64,000 nt of DNA from the NCBI GenBank assembly GCA_016839805.1, contig JAEOTO010000033.1, forward strand, positions 1-64,000, in the 5' to 3' direction. Each line of letters opens with the position of its first letter. Within the stretch, counting starts at the first letter, position 1. The notes below the pieces were generated by a model, which had not been told where the DNA came from, made no database searches, and worked only from the letters and a program-made list of their open reading frames with translations. Of the stretch, positions 37,757 to 47,065 are shown one piece after another. The stretch comes from Candidatus Hermodarchaeota archaeon. GTDB taxonomy: Archaea; Asgardarchaeota; Hermodarchaeia; Hermodarchaeales; Hermodarchaeaceae. Made by a program: the position numbers and the translations under genes.

Positions 37757-39199
37757 ATGTGCCCCAACCGTCAACCGGATCTAAAGGACCTGAAACCAAG
37801 GCAAGACGAATTCACAATTTTGAAGCAACTAGTAGATACTATTCTGAGAAGAGCACAACCCAAAGAAGACAAAAATGATCTCAAATTATTTCTCACAAAT
37901 GTCCTTCTTTTTATTCAACGAGTGGAGGGATTAACGCTTTCAGAAAAAGAAAAGCAATATCCACCACATTCCCAGTTTTCTCATGCTACTTTTACTAGGG
38001 GCCATCAAACTGCGCAAGGATTGAAGAATCGATTAATGATTATCGACAGATATCGAATCAAGAATGCTCAACGTATAATCAGCATCGTTGCTTCTACAGC
38101 ATTAGCGACACCAAAAGCAAGACTAACTCAACGACAAATCAACATTATCCTTGAACTTTACCAAGAGCCCTTATTACGGCAATATGAATTAGCCCGGAAA
38201 CTATCAACAACTCCACAAATAATCAAACGCGAATTGGATGTTCTACGTCAACATTTTTCTTTAGCAGTGATTCATGATATTGACTATCATAAATTCAAAC
38301 TTGGATTTTTTGAAATTCAGTTTCGAACTAGATCCATTGATGCCTCCAAACGTCTAGAACAGTTCTATCGTAGAACCCCGCCCCTCTTTTTACACCAAAT
38401 TAGATTTGATCAAGACTATCGAATTGGATTTATTACATATATGATACCGGACCAGCCACGTGGAATTCGCCTTCTTGAAGATCGTGTTCAATGGTTGAAG
38501 GATGAGTTTCTTGAAGAATATACCCATTTCCGGTTAACTGGCGAAGCTGTCTCGATCTCCTTTGATAGTTATGACTCGTCTAACGGTGTATGGATGTTAG
38601 GAGCAAGAACCCTTGCTGAAACGATGCTGCAACATGTTCAAAATCGAGCTCAACCATTTAGACAACCACGGGGGTTTTTTTATTCCGAACCAATGCCGTT
38701 CGATCAAGTCGACTATATTCTGGCTCAGACTCCCTATATTTTTGGTAGAAAGAAACGAATTGAAGTGCGGGAAAAAGTCCTTGAACGTCATGGATATTCT
38801 CTATCGAAGGCGGCTATATGGAATCGCGAACAGAAATTATGGAAAGCGGGTGTCTATCATCCCACCATTTGGTTTAATATTCCTGAGTTAGAAGAGCTGG
38901 TCCAATTCAGTATCCAGGGTAGTCCTGAAGCTTGTGAACGAATCCTTCGAATTACATCCATTCTTCCTTATACTTACAGTGTAAGAACGGAGATTGGTGT
39001 GGTCTTTATTTTTCAACGACCAAGTCGCTGTTCTTCAATAACTGGATTATTAACGCGTTTGATTAGTCATGAAGAAGGAGTTTCCAAGGTAACCCTGTTC
39101 CGATTCGAACCCTCCTTTAGTCCACAAATGCTGACTCATACTGCCGATAGATGGGATAGTAGTCGACAACGCTGGATTCTCAGAAAAGACGATATCTAA
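37757..39199 (+). CDS. Large double wHTH/RAM transcriptional regulator (paralog 2)
   Basis: LTQRQINIILELYQEPLLRQYELARKL; LSKAAIWNREQKL; tandem with paralog 1. Confidence 0.82.
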   Translation: MCPNRQPDLKDLKPRQDEFTILKQLVDTILRRAQPKEDKNDLKLFLTNVLLFIQRVEGLTLSEKEKQYPPHSQFSHATFTRGHQTAQGLKNRLMIIDRYRIKNAQRIISIVASTALATPKARLTQRQINIILELYQEPLLRQYELARKLSTTPQIIKRELDVLRQHFSLAVIHDIDYHKFKLGFFEIQFRTRSIDASKRLEQFYRRTPPLFLHQIRFDQDYRIGFITYMIPDQPRGIRLLEDRVQWLKDEFLEEYTHFRLTGEAVSISFDSYDSSNGVWMLGARTLAETMLQHVQNRAQPFRQPRGFFYSEPMPFDQVDYILAQTPYIFGRKKRIEVREKVLERHGYSLSKAAIWNREQKLWKAGVYHPTIWFNIPELEELVQFSIQGSPEACERILRITSILPYTYSVRTEIGVVFIFQRPSRCSSITGLLTRLISHEEGVSKVTLFRFEPSFSPQMLTHTADRWDSSRQRWILRKDDI

Positions 39200-39203
39200 G
39201 ATT

Positions 39204-40109
39204 TCAGCGATAAGAAGATCCACGAATAATAACTTCAAAGAACCGATCAACAAGCCGTTTAACGATATCAACCTTTGTTACCTTCTGAAGTCCCTGCCAC
39301 CCGCTACTACTATTTACCTCTGTCACAACTAATCCCTGGTTGGTTTCGAGGATATCAACTCCTGTGTATTCCAAACCGATAGCCTTTGTGCATCGAATTG
39401 CTAGTTCAGCTAATTCTGAGGTTAGTTTACAGGATTTAGGTTGGGCACCCTGACGGATTGTAGTTTTCCAATCCGAGCCAATACGATACATCGCGGCGAA
39501 AGCTTCTTCTCCGATTACAAAGACACGAATATCCCGGTTTCCATGTTCGAGAAATTCTTGGACATACATCACATACCGATTCGCTTCATGTGCTCGGAAA
39601 ACTCGGCGGGCTATCTCGTGATCTGAGACCCGGGTCATTCCTACGCCCCCGGATCCAAATAGAGGTTTTACCACAACATCTTTGTAGCGTCGGAAGGCTC
39701 GTAATGCGTCTCGGGCGTATTGAGTGACTGTAGTTCGTGGAACTGGAATTCCTGCTTGTTCAAGTAAGCGGAGCGTGTAATATTTGTCTACAGCTTTTTC
39801 GATGGCATGAGGGCGGTTCATGAATGGGATGCCAAGACGTTCAAGGCAATGAAGAGTATCCATTCGTAGAATGACCTGCTCTAATGATCCCCCAGGCACG
39901 GCACGTGTAAAAACTCCTTCAAGTGTGGTCAGATCCTCTTTCTTGTATTGAATCCGAGGTTGTGTACCACCCACTCGAACCACTGTTTCGGCTACATCAA
40001 AGACCACACATTCAGCATTTCGTTTTCGGATATCTGCAACGATACGGCTAGTTTCCCAACCCTCAGGCTCAGCGGAGGCCACTCCCACACGTTGTATTGG
40101 TTTTCCCAT
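39204..40109 (-). CDS. RimK-family ATP-grasp alpha-L-glutamate ligase (MptN/CofF-like)
   Basis: DKYYT, VVVKPLFGSGGVG, YVQEF, DIRVFVIG, GVDIL, EVNSS; adjacent to cofE. Confidence 0.9.
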   Translation of the reverse strand: MGKPIQRVGVASAEPEGWETSRIVADIRKRNAECVVFDVAETVVRVGGTQPRIQYKKEDLTTLEGVFTRAVPGGSLEQVILRMDTLHCLERLGIPFMNRPHAIEKAVDKYYTLRLLEQAGIPVPRTTVTQYARDALRAFRRYKDVVVKPLFGSGGVGMTRVSDHEIARRVFRAHEANRYVMYVQEFLEHGNRDIRVFVIGEEAFAAMYRIGSDWKTTIRQGAQPKSCKLTSELAELAIRCTKAIGLEYTGVDILETNQGLVVTEVNSSSGWQGLQKVTKVDIVKRLVDRFFEVIIRGSSYR

Positions 40110-40115
40110 AATCCT

Positions 40116-40895
40116 TCACCTGCGAAAGATATCACGTTCTGCATCACGTAGAAGCATCTGTGCTGACCCCTTACCCCATTCATACGAATAGCCACGAATT
40201 ACAATGACAGCGTTTCCTTCATCCGCTTCGCCCATGAGTAGTCCAGCCGCCGATGCTAGTTCATCCGCTACTGCAACTTTTGTTGTTCGTAATTCGTATC
40301 CAAAAAGGTCCTTGAGACCAATATAATTCTTTAGTGGGAGTAAACCTGCAGTGCCAATAGCTAAATTGATTGCCCCTTCACGGAAAGGGCGACCATGAGT
40401 ATCCGAAATTATAACCGCAACCTCAACCCCACACATTTCATGAATGGTCTTACATAATTGGCTAGCTGAATGGTCTGGATCTTCCGGGAGTAATGTAACT
40501 GAATCCGCATCAGGAACGTTTGATGAATCAACTCCTGCATTAGCACAGATGAAGCCATGTGGCGTTTCGACAATTAAGTGACCTTGTTCTGCACGAACAA
40601 CACGCTTAGAGGCTTGTAGAATTACTTCGATTAACTCTGCACGTTTCTTTAAAACCCGAGCTAAATCCTTGGCAGCATCGGAAGGTGTAACTGTCGATAG
40701 CTTCACAGTTCGTCCTTCAGCACGAGAGATAATCGTCTGGGCAACCACAAGGATGTCACCATCTTCTAAAGGGAATTGATTCTCTTTGCTGGCTTGGCAA
40801 ATCAGTTTCCCTACATCATCACCTTCTTTGATGATAGGTAAACCTGGTAAGGTTTGAACAGTAAACAATGAAGAAGTTGGCTTCGTCACTGGCAT
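40116..40895 (-). CDS. cofE: Coenzyme F420-0:L-glutamate ligase
   Basis: GLPIIKEGDD, IISRAEGR, ANAGVDSSN, LLPEDPD.SA, ISDTHGRPFR, ADELASAA.LLMGE. Confidence 0.95.
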   Translation of the reverse strand: MPVTKPTSSLFTVQTLPGLPIIKEGDDVGKLICQASKENQFPLEDGDILVVAQTIISRAEGRTVKLSTVTPSDAAKDLARVLKKRAELIEVILQASKRVVRAEQGHLIVETPHGFICANAGVDSSNVPDADSVTLLPEDPDHSASQLCKTIHEMCGVEVAVIISDTHGRPFREGAINLAIGTAGLLPLKNYIGLKDLFGYELRTTKVAVADELASAAGLLMGEADEGNAVIVIRGYSYEWGKGSAQMLLRDAERDIFRR

Positions 40896-41059
40896 TGTTG
40901 AGGTCCTTCGGCTCTCCGTTATTCCAACTTAAGAGTGTGCCGCCTTAGAAATCAATAACGAGAGGAAAGTTATAAAGACGAGAACAACTGCAGCAGTCAT
41001 AGCACCCGTGAAATTAAATCCCAATATCTCTTCACGGCTCTGCATAAAACCACGAGTGC

Positions 41060-41677
41060 GTGGATTCAATGAAACACAAATTCATAAAGTACCACATCCA
41101 AAAGGATCAGCTCGTCCGTGTACCCAAAGACTACCTCAACGAATTTGGAACTGGCGACGTCTACCTTTTGGATACAGGACCCAAAATCTACCTATGGGTC
41201 GGAAAAAAATCTACACCGGACGAAAAATTCATTGGCGCAATTACCTCAGTTTGGAAAGATCAAGATCGAAAAGGTGCCGCCAAACTCATAACAGTGAACG
41301 AAGGCGAAGAACCTAAAGAGTTCCTTAACTTGTTAAATGGAAAAATCAGAGTTACGGATCAGGATACCGAAGGAATTCTAAAACGCGTTGCCCTTAAGCA
41401 ACACGAATTCAAACTCTTTCGCATCCACATTGAAGGTGACCTCAACCTCTATTACGAAGTTAAACGCTCCAAAGATTCCCTCGATACCGGTGACGTTTTC
41501 CTTTTAGACACCTATAATAAAATGTACATTTGGCGAGGCCAGAAATCCAGCGCCTTTGAACGCTGGGAAGCCATGACTATTGCTGAGGGCTATGATGACG
41601 AACGAGCTGGACATCAGGAAATAATTATCGTTGAAGAAGACGAAGAGCCGGAAGACTTCCTCCAAAGCCTAAAGTAA
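41060..41677 (+). CDS. Two-domain gelsolin-family actin-binding protein
   Basis: Two repeats of 'GDV(Y/F)LLDT...(I/M)Y(L/I)W.G.KS', each ending EGEEPKEFL / EDEEPEDFL. Confidence 0.92.
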   Translation: MDSMKHKFIKYHIQKDQLVRVPKDYLNEFGTGDVYLLDTGPKIYLWVGKKSTPDEKFIGAITSVWKDQDRKGAAKLITVNEGEEPKEFLNLLNGKIRVTDQDTEGILKRVALKQHEFKLFRIHIEGDLNLYYEVKRSKDSLDTGDVFLLDTYNKMYIWRGQKSSAFERWEAMTIAEGYDDERAGHQEIIIVEEDEEPEDFLQSLK

Positions 41678-41819
41678 TTAATCAGTTTTGAAAAGATGTA
41701 GGAAGCCAAGTAGGGGCTAAGAAACCCAGGCTTGAAAAGAAATGCTAGTAAACCCAAAGCCCCTCTTAACTTATTTCCCCGCTGGATACTGTTCCACACC
41801 CGTCCAGAATCCACCATTC

Positions 41820-41884
41820 TAACCCAGTCGAACTCTGCTCCAGTGCAGGCGAGTAACCACTAGAGCAGAGTGAATGACTGGTTA
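41820..41884 (-). other. Long RNA hairpin starting at a stop codon
   Basis: Minus: TAACCAGTC-ATTC-ACTCTGCTCTAGTG-loop12-CACTGGAGCAGAGT-TC-GACTGGGTTA. The 14-bp upper stem contains a G.U pair that favours the minus strand. Confidence 0.65.
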
Positions 41885-42229
41885 AGTGGCTTCATTGAGG
41901 ACAAGACTGAGGAACTGTCCTAATCGACCTGTGTGTTGAATAGCCTTGATGAGCCGAGCCTCGTGCGACGCCTTTTTCACGAGAAGATGATTCTCGCGGA
42001 CGACGGCGAGCTCCGTAAGAAGGTCGTAAAGACGACGAAGTTCCATTCGATCTACTTGCTGAGAGAGGCGTTCCAGGAGGCGAAACACATCGTCGAGTGC
42101 AACCTTCTCAAGTTGATCTACATTGTCCGCGACTTTTTGCGACCGTAAATAGGAGCGAGCCAAGCGTAATATTTGGTCGCTTGTATCATTTGTCCCTGTG
42201 GTCACGGCAATTCCCCTCAGGGTCGCCAT
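41882..42229 (-). CDS. Hypothetical all-helical protein (115 aa)
   Basis: ATG 42229 lies 1 nt after the upstream stop (TAA-A-ATG); Leu-rich amphipathic helices. Confidence 0.75.
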   Translation of the reverse strand: MATLRGIAVTTGTNDTSDQILRLARSYLRSQKVADNVDQLEKVALDDVFRLLERLSQQVDRMELRRLYDLLTELAVVRENHLLVKKASHEARLIKAIQHTGRLGQFLSLVLNEAT

Positions 42230-42230
42230 T

Positions 42231-42494
42231 TTACGCACCCCCAATGCTGGCGACGTTTGAGACTTTTTGACCATTCGGCTCAATACGGACTCGGACACCA
42301 CTAGGAGTTGCCTCCACGGTAATCCGACCGTTCAGGCCGTAGGTATCCTTCACTAACTCTATTAGCAAGGATCCGATTGCTCCGATTTCTCGGAGATCTT
42401 CATCACCTGTCTTAGGGGTAATGTCTATGTCGATAGGATAGGCATCAACAATGCCAATAATTCGCTGGGTTTCTTCCATCAGTTCTGTAGCCAC
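42231..42494 (-). CDS. Hypothetical protein (87 aa), possible KH-like fold
   Basis: GTG after SD AGGTGG; beta-alpha-GxxG(GAIG)-alpha-beta-beta pattern. Confidence 0.7.
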   Translation of the reverse strand: MATELMEETQRIIGIVDAYPIDIDITPKTGDEDLREIGAIGSLLIELVKDTYGLNGRITVEATPSGVRVRIEPNGQKVSNVASIGGA

Positions 42495-42862
42495 GTTTTT
42501 CTCCACCTTTCTTAACACAACTGGGAAAAAACAGAAGAACGTGAAACCGGTGCTGAGGAGTTCATTAGAGTAACTGAGCAAGCCATACTCAGTCTAGTCA
42601 AAGGTCAGAACGGGAATGGGTTCGTTCCTGGGCACATTTTTCGGTTTTCACATCCGCATTTGCTTTTCCCTTGGCGAGTGTGTTTGCTGGAATCCAAGTA
42701 GACAATGTGCAACAGCCTTTATATGGGGGTCCTTCACTCCTATAACGGAGCTGACAAAAAACCGAATTAAAACAATAGAACCATCCAAAGCTTAGTTTGA
42801 ACCTTAAACGCGATTACCTCTAAGCTTTCTGATAATCGGGATTTGAGTCCTGTTCTACATTT

Positions 42863-44356
42863 TTGCTGTTTCGTCAAAAGGAAACTTTTTATGGGAGTTT
42901 CTTTCTTTCTGACGATGGTGTGGCGCGCGTGCAATCTGTGGTCGAAGTGGCAGATTTACTCTCCACCTTGAAGCACAACATCCATGAAGTAACCCTCCCA
43001 AGTGAAGAACTTTTCGAAGTTGACCTTCTGCTTGATAATCTTCGGCTATACGCTAAACGGGTTAAGGGTATTCCGTTTGACGAGGATGACTACAAAATTA
43101 AGCCACACCCATATTTTGACGGAATGGTTCTTCCGCCCCGTGAGAGAATGTACAATTCTTTGCTACGACGGCTTAAAGTCATTCTTCGGTTTAACATTAC
43201 CTCATATGAAAAAGTGACGAGGGATTTATTACGTGGTCTAGTATCCGATGAAGTTGATCGGATTACAGGAAGAGAAATTCGCTTACTCACTTTGTTATAT
43301 CAGCGACCCAATACTCCTCAAGCTCAAATGGCTAAAGAGTTGAATATCAGCCTCCCAACTATGCGAAAGGATATCCGGGCTCTTGAGGAAAAAATTGGTT
43401 TGCGGTTTGCCAACCTGATTGACTGGGGCCGGTTCAAATTACGCCATTATGGAATATTCTTCATGACTGCGGATGTTAAAATTTCTCGTCGTCTTCAGAA
43501 TATCTTCAATAAAGAAATGTCAACATATTTGACCAGAGCAGTTTTTGATACAACTTTTCGACGAGGATTTGTTGGTTTTAGGCTTCCTGATCAAGGAAAG
43601 CCGTTGCAACTCTTTCAAGAACAACTCGAATTTCTCAAAGAATATCTGTTTGCGGACTGTCAGGTTCATGAAATTAAGCAATATTTCCAATCAACATGTT
43701 TTGATCACTTTGACTACGATACTAGTACATGGTTAATTGAAAGTGATGTTTCTACCTTAGGATTGTTGAATTTTGTGCGTGAGAACTGGGCGATTCTTCC
43801 TAAACCAAGAGGTTTGTCTAATACAATAGCACGTGCATTCGATCAACTGGACTATTATTTGGCTTCATTTCTCGTTGGTGATGGAAATGCACCAATGAAA
43901 AAGATTTTAGACAGATTGAGTAGCATTGGGGTTGAAGCTCCCCGCACAACAGTTTCTACACGGAAAACTCGCCTTTTGAAAGAACGCACGATGGAGCCAT
44001 ATTTTTGGTTCACTACCCCACAACTACCGTTCTTTATTTCATTCGCCGTTAAATGTGAACCTTATATTGCGGAGCAGATAGCGGTGGCGGTAGCTCAAAT
44101 GCCATTGGCTTTCGCCACAGTCTCTAATATTGGATGCGTAGTAAATGTGAGTGTGCCTGCGCGAAGCCTTGGAACCATATTGAATCTTCTTTCACTTACG
44201 ATTGAAGATGAGGGTGTGGAAGAGGTTTGGCAGATGCAGCAATTTAAGAACGTTGGATCTCCTGATCCAGCTCAAATTGCGCCTAAATGGAATGGTTCGT
44301 ATTGGAATTGGTCTGAAGAAGAATTCGAGATTCCTTCTCTTGGTTTAAAGTATTAG
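42863..44356 (+). CDS. Large double wHTH/RAM transcriptional regulator (paralog 3; true start probably near 42940)
   Basis: ITGREIRLLTLLYQRPNTPQAQMAKELNISLPTMRKDIRAL; shared N-terminal 'L.N..L....V.G.P......HP.F' motif. Confidence 0.82.
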   Translation: MLFRQKETFYGSFFLSDDGVARVQSVVEVADLLSTLKHNIHEVTLPSEELFEVDLLLDNLRLYAKRVKGIPFDEDDYKIKPHPYFDGMVLPPRERMYNSLLRRLKVILRFNITSYEKVTRDLLRGLVSDEVDRITGREIRLLTLLYQRPNTPQAQMAKELNISLPTMRKDIRALEEKIGLRFANLIDWGRFKLRHYGIFFMTADVKISRRLQNIFNKEMSTYLTRAVFDTTFRRGFVGFRLPDQGKPLQLFQEQLEFLKEYLFADCQVHEIKQYFQSTCFDHFDYDTSTWLIESDVSTLGLLNFVRENWAILPKPRGLSNTIARAFDQLDYYLASFLVGDGNAPMKKILDRLSSIGVEAPRTTVSTRKTRLLKERTMEPYFWFTTPQLPFFISFAVKCEPYIAEQIAVAVAQMPLAFATVSNIGCVVNVSVPARSLGTILNLLSLTIEDEGVEEVWQMQQFKNVGSPDPAQIAPKWNGSYWNWSEEEFEIPSLGLKY

Positions 44357-44417
44357 ATGCGTTCGGGCGAAAGGATTTTGTTTGTCTGAGTCCAAGCTAT
44401 GGGTCCTTTGATACGTC

Positions 44418-45470
44418 ATGGTGGTGGTGGATGTTATCCAAATTAAAGAATCGATTCGTGAAGGAGATTTCATTGAAACCCAAGAAGGACTCATATTCGA
44501 TGTAAAGGGATTAGTGCACCCACCTAACCGGGTTATTGCTTTTCTTCGTTATTATCCATCGCCAGAGGGTAAGAGAAAACGTGACGGAATCACCTATGCT
44601 AAAGTCTATCATTTAGCTGAACGATTTGACATCCTACGAAACCGGTATCCTCAATATCTGTATCAAGATCCGGTGTTTGGTCGGGAGGTTCAAGGGGTTC
44701 CCAATGAGAACGTAAATCGAGTTTATCGTCCCACTCAGGTGTTAGAGCACTTAAATAATTTAGAGCATCGTGATACCCTGCAACAAGATGTAGTAACCTT
44801 TGCGAACATAATCTGTGAATCTGCTCGGGTTAAGCTATCCGCCTTAGGAATCTCTGGGAGTATCCAAGTGAATTTACATGGACCTAGTTCAGATATCGAC
44901 CTCATTGTGTATGGAAGACGAGCAAGTCGGGCAGTTCAACTAGCCTTACGTCGATCACACCTTGCCCCTGAACAGGGAATTACTGGATACCATTTGGATA
45001 ATTATCGACAAGTGTACAATCTGAGATGGAGTGGAACTGGGATTCCGATTGAGACTATGTTGTTAGTGGATGAATTGAAGTCCATGCACGGAATATTTGG
45101 TGGTTACCACTATTTTATACGAGCAGTCTTGGATCGTGCGGAGGCAAAGGAGAAGTATGGAGACCGTACATATCACCAACTTGGTCAGGCACGGGTACAG
45201 TGTCTGATAACAAATGATCGTGACAGCCTCTTTACCCCCTGCCGGTATGAGATAGATGAAGTGGAATTTATTGAGGGAGAGCAAGTTCAGAATATTCGTG
45301 AGATTGTGAGTTTTCGTGGACGCTTTGCAGAACAGGTAAAACGGGATGAAAAGGTAATCGTGCAAGGGATGTTGGAAAGGGTCGAAGTAGGTAAGAAGTC
45401 ATGGGTACGATTCATACTGGGTGATAGACCAACGGATATCTTAATACCAAGTAGTTTGCTTGGAGTATAG
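44418..45470 (+). CDS. Predicted nucleotidyltransferase (archaeal COG1665-like)
   Basis: DFIETQEGLIFDVKG..HP, GISGS...SDIDLIVYG (pol-beta-type GS/DxD), SFRGRFAEQ. Confidence 0.85.
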   Translation: MVVVDVIQIKESIREGDFIETQEGLIFDVKGLVHPPNRVIAFLRYYPSPEGKRKRDGITYAKVYHLAERFDILRNRYPQYLYQDPVFGREVQGVPNENVNRVYRPTQVLEHLNNLEHRDTLQQDVVTFANIICESARVKLSALGISGSIQVNLHGPSSDIDLIVYGRRASRAVQLALRRSHLAPEQGITGYHLDNYRQVYNLRWSGTGIPIETMLLVDELKSMHGIFGGYHYFIRAVLDRAEAKEKYGDRTYHQLGQARVQCLITNDRDSLFTPCRYEIDEVEFIEGEQVQNIREIVSFRGRFAEQVKRDEKVIVQGMLERVEVGKKSWVRFILGDRPTDILIPSSLLGV

Positions 45471-45488
45471 TGTGGGTGGGATTATAGG

Positions 45489-46535
45489 GTGTCGCGTCAC
45501 CCAAAAGATAAGGATTTTGTGGAAACCACAGAAGGTTTGCTATTCACAGTAGTTGGATATCTGCATCCTCCAGATGCATATACGGCTTATTTGAAGTACC
45601 GTCCAGATGCTGAAGGGAAATGGGAAAGGCAAGGCATCCATTATCGTAGAATGATGCAAGTTTATAGTGCTGCCGAAGTTCAGTCGAGTATTAATTGGCT
45701 CCAGGAAAACCATCCTGAATATGTCTCACTTGATAGGGTTCGGGGCTTTGAATTAACGTTAGTACCCTGGAAGAATATTATTGCTTACTATTTGCCTGAA
45801 GTTCGACTTGTAGAGATAATAGGAGACCCGCAGGATCCATTAGAATCAAAGACCAGCGCCCTCGTCTCATTACTTTCTGAGGCTAGTGGAGTGCCCACGA
45901 ACCGGTTTGGCATTACAGGTTCATTACTATTAGGGCTTCATAATCCAATGTTCTCTGATATCGACTTACTGGTTTATGGCCGGGAAAATGCTGAACAAGT
46001 CCGTGATTCTATGGATCAAATGTTTGGTGAGAATAAGGTCAAGCCATATTCACCAGACGAGATTAGAGGATGGCAGTATCGCCAAGTGCAAACATTGGGT
46101 ATTCCAGACGAATTTGAAGAGCAGATAGCCTGGTCTTACTGGCAGCGAGGTCGTTTCAACCAAACAGCGTTTTCTATTAATCCTGTATGTACTGATGCGG
46201 AGATAATGGTTGAATATGGACAGGAAACCTATTCTTCGGTTGGTCCAGTTGAATTCACAGCGACAATCATGGAGGATCAAGGAAGCCTTTTCATTCCTGC
46301 TCGATACTTGGTAGGTGATATTACGATGGAATTAGGTGATATTGAACTCCCCGCGTTGACCGATGTCTTGTCATTTGAGGGCATATTTTCAGCGGTCTTT
46401 AATAAAGGCGACCAGGTTCGCATTCGAGGGACAGCTGAAGCGGTTCGAGATAAGGAAGGTAATATCATCCGGAACCAAGTAGTTGTGGGATCGTTATCTA
46501 CTCAAGGATGGATTATTCGTCTCCCATCATCCTGA
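45489..46535 (+). CDS. Predicted nucleotidyltransferase (COG1665-like), tandem paralog
   Basis: DFVETTEGLLF.V.G..HP, GITGS...SDIDLLVYG. Confidence 0.85.
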   Translation: MSRHPKDKDFVETTEGLLFTVVGYLHPPDAYTAYLKYRPDAEGKWERQGIHYRRMMQVYSAAEVQSSINWLQENHPEYVSLDRVRGFELTLVPWKNIIAYYLPEVRLVEIIGDPQDPLESKTSALVSLLSEASGVPTNRFGITGSLLLGLHNPMFSDIDLLVYGRENAEQVRDSMDQMFGENKVKPYSPDEIRGWQYRQVQTLGIPDEFEEQIAWSYWQRGRFNQTAFSINPVCTDAEIMVEYGQETYSSVGPVEFTATIMEDQGSLFIPARYLVGDITMELGDIELPALTDVLSFEGIFSAVFNKGDQVRIRGTAEAVRDKEGNIIRNQVVVGSLSTQGWIIRLPSS

Positions 46536-46633
46536 TGTTTCGCGTTTTTTTATGACCGTATCAGTTTTGAGTAAGAATTTTATTAGTGGACAGAGTCTAA
46601 CGGTTGCAACCGATAGTGGAGTGATGAATTCTT

Positions 46634-47032
46634 ATGCCTAGCTTGGAAGTCGTATTGTTAACAGGTCGAACTCGACGACAGGGTGTAGGTCTTGAAGTAG
46701 GAAAATTGAGTGAGATATACTTTGAAGCAACAACGCAGATTCGTCTTGATCCTAAGGACCTTGAAAAGCTGAAAATCGAACCTGGTGATATCGTCGAAGT
46801 AACGACGGACCATGGCACCGTTGTGCTTCGAGCTGAGCAGGCACCCCGAGCTAGTGAAGGAATGGGCTTCATACCTTATGGACCATGGGCTAACTGTGTC
46901 ATCGGCGGAGATACAGATAGCACAGGTATGCCCACAATGAAAGGATTGAAGGCAACTGTTACTCCAGCGCCCGATAAACAGGTGTTAAGCCTTCAGGAAT
47001 TATTTGCAGAGATGCGCAGCGCTGCTAAATAG
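46634..47032 (+). CDS. fwdD: Formylmethanofuran dehydrogenase subunit D
   Basis: LLTGRTRRQG, GFIPYGPWAN, TDSTGMPTMKG. Confidence 0.9.
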   Translation: MPSLEVVLLTGRTRRQGVGLEVGKLSEIYFEATTQIRLDPKDLEKLKIEPGDIVEVTTDHGTVVLRAEQAPRASEGMGFIPYGPWANCVIGGDTDSTGMPTMKGLKATVTPAPDKQVLSLQELFAEMRSAAK

Positions 47033-47065
47033 GTTGGTTTGGTTCAATTCAGATAGGGTAATTTC

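Noticed and set aside
40962-40972. GAGGAAAGT resembling RNase P RNA CR-I
   Set aside because: No following CC or CR-V, and the space is too short; it is a BRE/TATA-like promoter region.
41820-41890. SECIS element or THF riboswitch
   Set aside because: The plus-strand tandem GA lacks the AUGA and apical AA, and no UGA-containing gene is upstream. The THF-like GCAGAGT..GTTAAGTG words run into an antisense CDS without the 3' half.
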